From: Escherichia coli
GTDB lineage: Bacteria; Pseudomonadota; Gammaproteobacteria; Enterobacterales; Enterobacteriaceae
Assembly: GCF_024700885.2 (NCBI RefSeq)
Contig: NZ_CP117014.1
DNA length: 64,000 nt
Strand: one strand, 5' to 3'
Shown here: positions 17,115 through 25,350 of the stretch, piece after piece
Layout of the letters: each line of letters opens with the position of its first letter
How positions within the stretch are numbered: position 1 is the stretch's first letter
Made by a program: the position numbers and the translations under genes
Notes under the pieces: generated by a model
Told to the model about the DNA's origin: nothing
Database searches by the model: none
Seen by the model: only the letters and a program-made list of their open reading frames with translations

Positions 17115-18143
17115 TTACGAATCCATCAGGCGGCTATTAGCCCCCACAGACACGCCGCCACGGCGAAGATACCGCATAAGTGTTTCCGGTTTCTTCCAGG
17201 TTCCTTCCTGCATGATCTCCACCATAGACACCTGCTTTTCAGCCATATCAATAGCGGCCCCGACGCGTGCACTATGCCCGGTCCACGTCCGGTATCTTCC
17301 TTTGTTTGGCGTAGCATCTCTTTTATTCAGCAACACCCAGGCGTCGCTGAATATTTTCTCCATTGCAGGTGCAGTAAGGGGCGTTGTCGTGATCCTGGCC
17401 TTATTGCTACGGTGTATCGGCGGGAACAGCACTGCGTCAGGATGTTCGCGAAGCCCGGAAACATCCAGCCAGTCATTCAGCACAGCGGTAGTGCGACGGG
17501 AAAGCACCTTATCAAGCCCGGCGGCGGTCGTTATTGTCTTCGTGTGTGAAATATGTAGCGTGACAGTGTCACCTGTTTGATCCAGATCTCCTACACGAAT
17601 ACGCGAGATTTCCGACATACGCATCAGCGTATTGTATGCAACAAAGAGAAAAGCCCGGTTGCGCAGGTCCACCAGCCGTTCTGACCTGGACAACAGGACG
17701 TCGAGCAGTTTCAGATCGTCCCACCGAAGCGGTATAGCCTGGCCTGTTCGTTCGCCTTTTTCAGTTGCCGCTTCGCGCCGGATGCGCCGCATAGCCAGAG
17801 AAACACTTTTATCATCCGAAAGTGGCGGAAGGCCACAATGCGAAAGCAGCATATTCAGCATGGCGTAGTGCTTATCAATGGTGGTCGAAGCCAGATCGGC
17901 ATCATGCAGCTGAAGAAAATACTCGCGGGCCATTTCTGGTGAGATCGGAAACCAGGCAAGCTGGCGAGCGTGACACCAGCGCGCCCATGAATGAAACACC
18001 AACCGGAGGTCGCGCAGAGTATTCGGCGCATAAGCCCCCTGGTCATTCATGAACCGCATAAAGTTTTCTGCAGCCTCCTGGTACTCTTTGCCAATGTTGC
18101 GCAGAAAACCACCGGAGCTGCCAGAGATAATTAATTCACTCAT
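17115..18143 (-). CDS. dre: Dre tyrosine recombinase (Cre homolog of phage D6)
   Basis: 342 aa; aligns along its length to P1 Cre (WFP..PE....Y, VSL.MRRIR.E, AYNTL.R..EI.RIRV.D, GHSARVGAA.DMA); begins MSELIISGSSGGFLRN as I recall for Dre; cognate rox site 150 bp upstream. Confidence 0.9.
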   Translation of the reverse strand: MSELIISGSSGGFLRNIGKEYQEAAENFMRFMNDQGAYAPNTLRDLRLVFHSWARWCHARQLAWFPISPEMAREYFLQLHDADLASTTIDKHYAMLNMLLSHCGLPPLSDDKSVSLAMRRIRREAATEKGERTGQAIPLRWDDLKLLDVLLSRSERLVDLRNRAFLFVAYNTLMRMSEISRIRVGDLDQTGDTVTLHISHTKTITTAAGLDKVLSRRTTAVLNDWLDVSGLREHPDAVLFPPIHRSNKARITTTPLTAPAMEKIFSDAWVLLNKRDATPNKGRYRTWTGHSARVGAAIDMAEKQVSMVEIMQEGTWKKPETLMRYLRRGGVSVGANSRLMDS

Positions 18144-18295
18144 GAAACTATTTAACCTCTATATACAGATAACGCTACGCGAAAAATATAAAAATGACAG
18201 GGTAGCTATAAGTTAATTTTCAAGATTCAAGCCTTTGATTCGAGGCGCGTATTTTCAGTGATGTCAATACTGATCATCTACCCATAATTATAGCC

Positions 18296-18327
18296 TAACT
18301 TTAAATAATGCCAATTATTTAAAGTTA
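18296..18327. other. rox recombination site
   Basis: TAACTTTAAATAAT-GCCA-ATTATTTAAAGTTA: perfect 14-bp inverted arms around a 4-bp spacer, identical to the published rox site as I remember it. Confidence 0.9.
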
Positions 18328-18422
18328 TAAAATGCCGATTTTTTTTAATCCATCATAGATTGATGATGACCAGTAACACGTTGCCTTCATGGTCTTTAAT
18401 TTGCGAAGTGTGGTTTCTACGG

Positions 18423-18436
18423 TTGGTTTTCTAAAA
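18423..18436 (-). promoter_or_regulatory. operator-like 14-mer, copy 5 (degenerate)
   Basis: Minus strand reads TTTTAGAAAACCAA; between rox and the ORF at 18538. Confidence 0.3.
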
Positions 18437-18509
18437 TTGATGACAAAAAATCACAGTTCGATCCTTTACTCACTCTGTTATTCGACATAAATTTGTCATA
18501 GTAATTTTA

Positions 18510-18523
18510 TGTTAGAAAACTAA
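18510..18523 (+). promoter_or_regulatory. operator-like 14-mer, copy 6
   Basis: TGTTAGAAAACTAA, 15 bp upstream of the ATG at 18538. Confidence 0.5.
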
Positions 18524-18537
18524 ATCGAGTAGGAATA

Positions 18538-19575
18538 ATGAGTAAGAAGTCGATCGAGAAAGAGTACAAACGGTTCCTGCAAACCGCTGAACGGTGGAAA
18601 GAGCTGGTGGTCGCAAACTCTGTTTTCCATGATACCAGTTATGCTGGCGAGGAATTCCGCCATGTTGCATTAACGCATGACCAAAACATATTAGAAGAAG
18701 CTGAAAAATGTCTTGCTGAATGGAAAGCCTTCGTTGACATGTGCCGCGATGCCGACGGCAAAGCGTCGAACATTGTTGAGTCTGTATATTCTCCGATCCC
18801 ATTCATCATTGAGGACACCAATCAAAGCACGCATGTCGTTGTGCAAAGCGCTACAACAACACGTACATTTACACGTGAACAATTGCTAAAAAAATACGAC
18901 AAAATCATAAAGAAAAGCCTTAAAAATAGGGTTTTTTCTCAAATCGTAGGTGATCTTGAAGAAGAACAGCGCTTCTTTGAAGCTGAGCCTGAAGGCGAGA
19001 TCTACCGGGCGCGTAAAGAGGCATATACAGATGTTGTGCTGACAACAAACATCGAAGGCAGCAATGCCCTTTCTCGCTTTAGAGTTGGCGCACATGGTGC
19101 ATTGGTTTTCGCAAGACTACCGAAGACAACGATCCCCGTTGTCAATAATGTTGGTGAACGCCGGAGCATTACAATTTATTCTGGCGTCGAATCGGTACCT
19201 TGCAGCCTTCTCGGCGATTTTAACTTATATCGTGTTCGTGACCTGGAAAAACACCAGCCAAGCTATGTTGCGAAGTCGTACATCTTAAGGAACATCGATA
19301 TTCGCAATGAAAGCCTTAAGCAGAAATCCGCTAAGATGCTGGAGGATGCCGATCCGGCTATTCGCCATATCATTGAGCGTAAGATACGTACATCACGTGA
19401 AGCAATGGCAAGGCTGGATAAAATGGATCTGGAATTGTTAGACGTAATGATGGCCTCTGGAGACGACCTGACCGGCATTAAACTGAATGAAGCTCGTAAA
19501 AAATACGGCAAAGCAATCGAAGAACGTTACGGATACACATTCCCCCAAACGCAGTACGCCGCGAAGCTCTGGTAA
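18538..19575 (+). CDS. hypothetical protein at the c1-equivalent position
   Basis: 345 aa; sits between rox and the 3' end of pacB, where P1 has c1; two operator copies upstream; no sequence similarity to P1 C1 visible to me. Confidence 0.5.
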   Translation: MSKKSIEKEYKRFLQTAERWKELVVANSVFHDTSYAGEEFRHVALTHDQNILEEAEKCLAEWKAFVDMCRDADGKASNIVESVYSPIPFIIEDTNQSTHVVVQSATTTRTFTREQLLKKYDKIIKKSLKNRVFSQIVGDLEEEQRFFEAEPEGEIYRARKEAYTDVVLTTNIEGSNALSRFRVGAHGALVFARLPKTTIPVVNNVGERRSITIYSGVESVPCSLLGDFNLYRVRDLEKHQPSYVAKSYILRNIDIRNESLKQKSAKMLEDADPAIRHIIERKIRTSREAMARLDKMDLELLDVMMASGDDLTGIKLNEARKKYGKAIEERYGYTFPQTQYAAKLW

Positions 19576-19584
19576 TCACAACCG

Positions 19585-19605
19585 GCCCCGCATCGCGGGG
19601 CTTTA
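19585..19605 (+). terminator. stem-loop terminator
   Basis: GCCCCGC-atc-GCGGGGC followed by TTT; between convergent genes. Confidence 0.6.
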
Positions 19606-21111
19606 TATATCCAGATCCGGCATTTCGATATCCGCCAGAACCTGATCTCGGAAAGTTGCCATTTCGGCACCAATATCTTCATTAGCAGGCACATAGTCCA
19701 CCAGCATAGTGAAGCAGTAGGTATCCCATCGGTCAGGCGATTTGATGTTTAGCTTTTGCCGCATGTGCTCTTTGCGCATCATCGCCATTTTCCCTTCTTC
19801 ATTCAGTAAAAAGGGGATTTTTGACGCTTGCTCTGCCGTTTTAGGGTCACTGTCTATCCGCATACGCCCTGACTTTATGGCATCACGCGCCATAATGTTT
19901 GCGTAGGCACGCTGATTAACAAATCGCTCCCTGTCTTTGTTCGCAAACATGGGTTTTCCCCACCGAATACGTACCGGGTTCGCACCACGACGCACCAACT
20001 GCGCACACGTATCAGAACCAAAACCATCAGCATCAACCGCGATTGTTATATTCGGGTATTTTTCCGGCGTACATTCGTTATATATGAAGTCAGCAAAGGC
20101 CAATGGGTCCATAGTGCCAGGCATCTCCATTACCTTAAAGTTAACAACGCGCCGCTTATCCCTGTGACCTGATACCTTGCAGATGTTGAGGACCGACTTA
20201 TCTCGCCCATTACCAACGTCAGCCGTTGCCACCCATCCCCAGTTTTTCTCCAACAACACCTTGCGGCGAGCAGAGCGATCGCATTCATCACGACCAAGCA
20301 AATAGCCGTTAATTTCTCGTGGGAACTGACCAAGCACCTTGACCATGTACTCAATAGAATCGCGCCCACCATATTCCAGAAGCTTCTCCTTGATGAATTG
20401 TGGTGTGACGAACGGTGATTCTTCCGAGTTAAGAACAATTGCTGTCCAGATCCCTTTCGGGTTGTCTGGGGTTTTTGCTCGAGAATGGTGCGAATCGTAG
20501 AAATAACCACTTGGCCTTGTTGGCTGGGATAGCATCAACATCCGGTTATCTTCTTCAGTAAGAGCACCGGTCATTACGCCGATCGCCTTATCAGATATAC
20601 CAGATGCTTCATCCAGAATTAGAAGCAAATGTGCCGCGTGTTCCCCCGCCAGCGCTTCTTCGTTGCCGAGTCGATAACCTTTGCAGAGAACTTCCCAAAT
20701 CCCCTTACGGGAGCGCTCATAAAACATGGTGTCAGAGAGGACAAAATAGGTCTGCAACCACCCATGACGCTTAACTGCATTCGCCCAATACTGTTTAACG
20801 TATTTGAATACGCCTGTTTTTACCTGGCCTATCTTGTTAGCAACAATGATGACACGGGCATCGGGGAACAGGATCATAAAAATCAACAGCAACATCGCGG
20901 TAAGGGACGACTTCCCCGTTCCGTGTCCGGACGTGACGGTCGTCCTACTCCCCGTTTCCTGCACTGACTGAATGATCTGCTGCTGCTGGTGGGAGGGGAA
21001 CATCCCAAAAATATCGACTACAGCCTGGGTAAAGTTGTAGCGGTATTTGATTACCATATCGCGCCAGCGTGGATCGCTGGTGACGCATTTAATCTTGCGC
21101 CCGCCAGCCAT
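19603..21111 (-). CDS. pacB: terminase large subunit PacB
   Basis: 502 aa; Walker A GHGTGKS, Walker B LLILDEAS; follows pacA with an ATGA-type overlap as in P1. Confidence 0.85.
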   Translation of the reverse strand: MAGGRKIKCVTSDPRWRDMVIKYRYNFTQAVVDIFGMFPSHQQQQIIQSVQETGSRTTVTSGHGTGKSSLTAMLLLIFMILFPDARVIIVANKIGQVKTGVFKYVKQYWANAVKRHGWLQTYFVLSDTMFYERSRKGIWEVLCKGYRLGNEEALAGEHAAHLLLILDEASGISDKAIGVMTGALTEEDNRMLMLSQPTRPSGYFYDSHHSRAKTPDNPKGIWTAIVLNSEESPFVTPQFIKEKLLEYGGRDSIEYMVKVLGQFPREINGYLLGRDECDRSARRKVLLEKNWGWVATADVGNGRDKSVLNICKVSGHRDKRRVVNFKVMEMPGTMDPLAFADFIYNECTPEKYPNITIAVDADGFGSDTCAQLVRRGANPVRIRWGKPMFANKDRERFVNQRAYANIMARDAIKSGRMRIDSDPKTAEQASKIPFLLNEEGKMAMMRKEHMRQKLNIKSPDRWDTYCFTMLVDYVPANEDIGAEMATFRDQVLADIEMPDLDI

Positions 21112-22475
21112 TAATCATCCTCCGGCGGTTCTATCGCGATATCATCATCTCCGGCGTCATACCCTGCATCAGATGCATCATAATCACCGTAAATTTCAGC
21201 CGTTGCCGAAGGGTCAATATCCAGCTCTTCGTCGTTGGCCTCGAATTCTCCAGCTTTACGCTCGCCATTGCGGTCGTAATCTCCGCACCCCAATTCTTCA
21301 ACAATGGTTGCCACATCCGCCCGGCGCTCTGCCAGCCATTGCGGATGGTTAGCCTGAAGCGTTGCAAACTCCCTTGCCTCTTTGTCCAGCTGTTCATCAT
21401 CAACATCATTGACGTCAGAAACAGGTGGTTCGAGAAGAGTGATAGCTTTCGCCGCGCGCGCCGCGAGGATAGCCGGGACGCTGACACCCTGGCGCTCGAT
21501 GTATTCAGCAACACCGATATCATCCAGTTCCTCGCGCTCACGCATACGTATAGCGGCGGCGATAACTCTGGCTGCGCGTGCGTCAGCGCCAATGCGATAT
21601 TCAATCTCTTTGCCACGCTGTTCGGCCTGTAGGCGTGCTAATTCGAGTTTTTCTCTGGCCTCAGCCTCTTTGAATGCTTGCTGGCGAGCGCTCTGACGAA
21701 GCTTTTCATCCCCCTGTCGCAGCTTTTGTTCGGACTGATATATAGCTGCCAACCTACTGATAAAATCATTCATGTAGTAGGCCGCGTCACTGATTAGACC
21801 GAGAAGGCGCTGCCCAGGGTGCATTCCTTCTGGCTCTTTATCGCCCAAGGCGTCTATTTCCGCCTGTAGACGTTCGGCCTCCTGATCAACAATGCTTTGA
21901 TACTGAAGTGCGCGCTCTTGCGCCATTTGAATTGCTAACCGCAGGTGTTCTTCTGCGCCGTTCTTCATCATATCGCGAGCCACATTCGTAGTTGGCAATG
22001 TGGCACGCTGCACAGCACCGTCAGGGATCATTGCAGAAGATCCCTCAATTTTTGGGGCGTTTTTATCTTCTTCGGGGATCATTTTCGCCATTTTTTCGCG
22101 CAATGATCTCCTGACAGATTCTTTTATCTCATTGTTATTATTTGAATTATTTTCATGATCCGAAGTTTTCTTTCTCGGCATACTTCGGAAAGAACCTGCG
22201 CCCTGCGAATTGTCAATTTCTGTAAATTTTGTTTTTTCTGCACCCTCTTCCAGCTTTTTTGTTGCTCTTCCCGCCCGTTTTTTTTCAGGTGATTTGGTGC
22301 TTTTTTTTGTTGTCTTTACCTGCGACCGCACCTCATTTTTTTTCATATTGAGATGCTTTCTGGCTGTATTGAAGCTAAGGCCATGCTCCTCACAGTATTC
22401 CTTTACAGTGATCCCTTTTTCTTCACGCAACGCTATAAAGCGGGCGCGGTGCTCCTCCCAATTAACCAGACTCAT
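21111..22475 (-). CDS. pacA: terminase small/pac-recognition subunit PacA
   Basis: 454 aa; N-terminal HTH-like EYCEEHGLSFNTARKHL, charged middle, acidic C-terminus; immediately upstream of pacB. Confidence 0.7.
   Translation of the reverse strand: MSLVNWEEHRARFIALREEKGITVKEYCEEHGLSFNTARKHLNMKKNEVRSQVKTTKKSTKSPEKKRAGRATKKLEEGAEKTKFTEIDNSQGAGSFRSMPRKKTSDHENNSNNNNEIKESVRRSLREKMAKMIPEEDKNAPKIEGSSAMIPDGAVQRATLPTTNVARDMMKNGAEEHLRLAIQMAQERALQYQSIVDQEAERLQAEIDALGDKEPEGMHPGQRLLGLISDAAYYMNDFISRLAAIYQSEQKLRQGDEKLRQSARQQAFKEAEAREKLELARLQAEQRGKEIEYRIGADARAARVIAAAIRMREREELDDIGVAEYIERQGVSVPAILAARAAKAITLLEPPVSDVNDVDDEQLDKEAREFATLQANHPQWLAERRADVATIVEELGCGDYDRNGERKAGEFEANDEELDIDPSATAEIYGDYDASDAGYDAGDDDIAIEPPEDD
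22026..22160. other. candidate pac site (GATC cluster inside pacA)
   Basis: Five GATC within 135 bp (22026, 22039, 22077, 22105, 22157), mostly as TGATC(N) hexamers; P1 pac is a Dam-regulated TGATC(A/G) cluster inside pacA. Confidence 0.3.
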
Positions 22476-22864
22476 AAAGCAACACCACGCTTTTTAACGG
22501 CGGCATTCCACAGCTTATTCGCCATGTCCACCAGCTCTCGTTGCTCTTTTCGCGCCTGTTCGACTGATTTCCTGCTACAGTTTTTAACCAGTAAACTGCC
22601 ATATTCAGGGGTTCGCCCACGCACCTTGAACTGATATCCGTTCAGGCCATGCAACCAGTATTTTCGTGGGTAAACACGATCATCAAGCTCACAGATTGCC
22701 CTGCTTGAACGAACAAAATGACGAATGATGTTAGTTACACTTACTCGTGAAACATGGAGATGAGGGTATTTTTCTTTGGCGAGAGTGGTAATTTCAGTGA
22801 CTGTCAGATAGCAGTCAGCCCTGATCATGATATCCGCAATTTCTGCGCTGCTGATTTGTTCCAT
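22472..22864 (-). CDS. lpa: late promoter activator (Lpa)-position protein
   Basis: 130 aa; overlaps the pacA start; operator copy 7 upstream, as expected for C1-controlled lpa in P1; assignment is positional. Confidence 0.45.
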   Translation of the reverse strand: MEQISSAEIADIMIRADCYLTVTEITTLAKEKYPHLHVSRVSVTNIIRHFVRSSRAICELDDRVYPRKYWLHGLNGYQFKVRGRTPEYGSLLVKNCSRKSVEQARKEQRELVDMANKLWNAAVKKRGVAL

Positions 22865-22942
22865 TAATCCCCCGGGCAGGAAATGACCGAGGGGATGATA
22901 ATGAGAATGTTAAAACTGTATAGACTGGTAAAAAGATGAATG

Positions 22943-22956
22943 TATTAGAAAATTAA
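22943..22956 (+). promoter_or_regulatory. operator-like 14-mer, copy 7 (variant)
   Basis: TATTAGAAAATTAA, about 80 bp upstream of the lpa-position gene. Confidence 0.4.
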
Positions 22957-22972
22957 TACTAAATATCTAATG

Positions 22973-23365
22973 CTACCAGCTAGACAAACGAACAACATGT
23001 TTCACTTTTGCGATCCACTGTCCGCGATAACTATTGATTACGGCCTGTGCCAGCTTCAAATTGGCTTCAAAATCAGCCTTACTACCATCAGACTCCACCA
23101 GCATTCCTCCATCTATTTCTGGTAAACATAGATAATCCTGCTCAACCTGCAGCGGCATTGATGGCTCTCTGAATGGGGTTACTTGCTCTGCTTTCCAGCG
23201 AAATCTAACCCTTATCCCCCTGGTGGTCATTACTAGATAGCCTGTTATAGTGCTTTTATGGCCCACATCAGTACGCGTGGCATTGCATGACTCGATCTTA
23301 CAGTTAGCGATAGACCACTCCATATTGGTGGCCTGTTGAGTGCTTAATTTGGTAGTCCCGTACAT
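22973..23365 (-). CDS. hypothetical protein (pdcA position)
   Basis: 130-aa ORF, ATGA-type overlap with the upstream gene. Confidence 0.4.
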   Translation of the reverse strand: MYGTTKLSTQQATNMEWSIANCKIESCNATRTDVGHKSTITGYLVMTTRGIRVRFRWKAEQVTPFREPSMPLQVEQDYLCLPEIDGGMLVESDGSKADFEANLKLAQAVINSYRGQWIAKVKHVVRLSSW

Positions 23366-23940
23366 CAGAAAGCCTCCCAGTCAGTCGCGATAATATCCAC
23401 ACCAGTTGCAAACCAGTCTGTCTGCGCCTGTAAATCCCCATTCATCATTACCAGGCGAGGCATCACCATCACATCGCACCCTTCCACAATATCGAATGCC
23501 TCTTCCGGCAAGAATTCGAAGAGCTTTTCTTTGCTGCCAATACTGCCACGGAACATCGATATATAGCTCCCTTTGGGCCATGATGTCCGCCGGGCATCAA
23601 GCCCTTTCATCATCCAGTAAAAAGCCGAGGAAAAAGGGATATTCTTTTTGCCAATGATTACATTATTCGCTTCTGTGTATTTCAGGAACTTAACTAACCT
23701 TACCATTGACTCGGATAACGCAACGTATGGCTCATGATTGATTGCTGACACGCTTACACCGTGCAATCCAACGCTTACCACTGTCATATCGCCGCTCTGT
23801 GCGGTTTCGATATTGACGCCTTTGCGAACTAATGAGGCGTAAATTTCCTCTCGCTTTTGGGTCCAGCGTTCACGCTTCCCTATGAAGTCACTCAAAATGA
23901 GATCTTCTTCTGTATATGCGTTATCGTTCGCCATTAACAT
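23365..23940 (-). CDS. protein with C-terminal DUF2829-like domain (pdcB position)
   Basis: 191 aa; FSSAFYWMMKGLDARRTSWPKGSYI...DWFATGVDIIATDWEAF follows the DUF2829 pattern. Confidence 0.5.
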   Translation of the reverse strand: MLMANDNAYTEEDLILSDFIGKRERWTQKREEIYASLVRKGVNIETAQSGDMTVVSVGLHGVSVSAINHEPYVALSESMVRLVKFLKYTEANNVIIGKKNIPFSSAFYWMMKGLDARRTSWPKGSYISMFRGSIGSKEKLFEFLPEEAFDIVEGCDVMVMPRLVMMNGDLQAQTDWFATGVDIIATDWEAF

Positions 23941-24162
23941 AACGTTTCCTTTTTTACACGCGCGACTATCCCCCGGAAGTACCGGTAGTGATGTCGTAAC
24001 TTCGTATTAATTAAGGGGTACAGCCTGAGCGGCTATATGATGAATTGAAAGGAGTTGTGGCGGTGGTGCCTCCACCTGCCAGGTTAGCCACTCCTGGCGA
24101 CGTCACTTATCAGAACGTAGTGAATGAAAATGGCTTCGTCACGAGCGCATAGCCGCAATTAC

Positions 24163-24210
24163 CACAACGGAAACGGCGCTCACGCTAATTAAACGCCTTT
24201 TCCTGTTGTG
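24163..24210. repeat. hairpin H1
   Basis: CACAACGGAAACGGCG / CGCCTTTTCCTGTTGTG, 15-nt loop, one mismatch and one bulged T. Confidence 0.6.
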
Positions 24211-24392
24211 CGCCGTGCTCTTCCGGCTGTCACACCGAATCGCCAGGATGGTGAATCCGCAGTCCGACGCTATGAACGGGGCTTGCACATTCCGGCTACC
24301 TGGTGTGCCCATGCAGTGTTAGTAAAAGGTACCTAACAGCTACACCAGACCGCTAACGACGCATGTGCCATACGCCGTGTTACAACCAAATG

Positions 24393-24468
24393 TGGTGGCC
24401 CCTACCGGACTTGAACCGGTGACCGTGCGATTATGAGTCGCCCGCTCTAACCACTGAGCTAAAGGGCC
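24393..24468 (-). tRNA. tRNA-Ile2/Met (anticodon CAT, ileX-like)
   Basis: Reverse complement GGCCCTTTAGCTCAGTGGTTAGAGC..GACTCATAATC..GGTTCAAGTCC..GGGGCCACCA folds as a cloverleaf and closely resembles E. coli ileX. Confidence 0.85.
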
Positions 24469-24477
24469 AGATTACTG

Positions 24478-24606
24478 TTAATTACGCTTACGCTTTTTGC
24501 CAGAACCGCGTAAGGCTTTTGCCGCTTGCTCTACCCCGTATGCAACCACCAGCAGAAACAATAATGTCCACTCCGGGTTTTTATCGGCAAACGCCCAAAA
24601 ATCCAT
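24478..24606 (-). CDS. possible 42-aa membrane peptide
   Basis: Hand translation MDFWAFADKNPEWTLLFLLVVAYGVEQAAKALRGSGKKRKRN; AGGTGG 9 nt upstream; below the ORF-track cutoff. Confidence 0.25.
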   Translation of the reverse strand: MDFWAFADKNPEWTLLFLLVVAYGVEQAAKALRGSGKKRKRN

Positions 24607-24785
24607 CACTTGCAGCCACCTTTTAAGACAAAACGCCATTGCTGTTAGGTTGCGGTGCCGGGCGCCTCCCGGTGACGTTAACCAGTTAACAATTAACGCC
24701 GGATCACTTATGGATTCTCGTTACGCCAGTAAAAAGACCACCTTTACTGTTTTAACTGTTCCGCGTGCGCTTAGCCGCATTCACC

Positions 24786-24895
24786 GCAATGGTAAGAGCA
24801 TTTGGCTGACTGGGCGGCGATGACGCCTGTACGCATTTGGTGATCCGGTTCTGCTTCCGGCATTCGCTTAATTAGCCAAATACCCTTAATGTTGC
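24786..24895. repeat. hairpin H2
   Basis: GCAATGGTAAGAGCATTTGGC / GCCAAATACCCTTAATGTTGC (21 positions, 16 Watson-Crick); ends 2 nt from the CCA end of tRNA-Ser. Confidence 0.5.
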
Positions 24896-24897
24896 AC

Positions 24898-24984
24898 TGG
24901 CGGAGAGTAATGGAATCGAACCATCATCGCTTGCGCAATGGGACGGTTTTCAAGACCGCTTGAGCACCATGCTCCCTACTCTCC
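24898..24984 (-). tRNA. tRNA-Ser (anticodon TGA)
   Basis: 87 nt; acceptor GGAGAGT/ACTCTCC, anticodon loop CTTGAAA, long variable arm (6 bp plus GCAA loop), T-loop TTCGATT, encoded CCA. Confidence 0.85.
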
Positions 24985-25114
24985 CGTTATTGTGGCGACC
25001 GGTGCTGATCTCCGGCTTGCGGTTATTTCAGACTCTCACGGGCGTTTAATTGCCCCGCCGAACAGCTCTTTTCCGCAATAGCTGCAATGTCTTTCGCGCA
25101 TCAGCCTGCGCATT

Positions 25115-25214
25115 CACCACAATGTTGAGAACACTGGTTGTCACGCTGCAACGCAACATTTATTCGTAGATTGGGATATGACCCCGTTACGCCAGTGTTC
25201 TCAACGTTGTAGTG
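25115..25214. repeat. hairpin H3
   Basis: CACCACAATGTTGAGAACACTGG / CCAGTGTTCTCAACGTTGTAGTG: 23 positions, 21 Watson-Crick, 1 G-T, 1 mismatch; 54-nt loop. Confidence 0.65.
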
Positions 25215-25350
25215 CCGGTTACGGTTCCGGCCAGACCTCTTCCTCAACGGGGTGTTCTCCATACGGACTACCGTTTATTGGTCGTTCCTGCGGTTTATGT
25301 TGTGAAGCCAGATGCTTATCTTCTGGTTGCTTCAAAGAGCTGCACTTCAT
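25215..25350 (-). pseudogene. decayed tRNA-Thr-like copy
   Basis: CCGGTTACGGTTCCGGCCAGACC aligns with the 3' third of the intact tRNA-Thr (GCCGGTTAACGGGATCGAACCGCTGACC); T-arm destroyed, no CCA; the 5' part is only weakly alignable. Confidence 0.4.
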
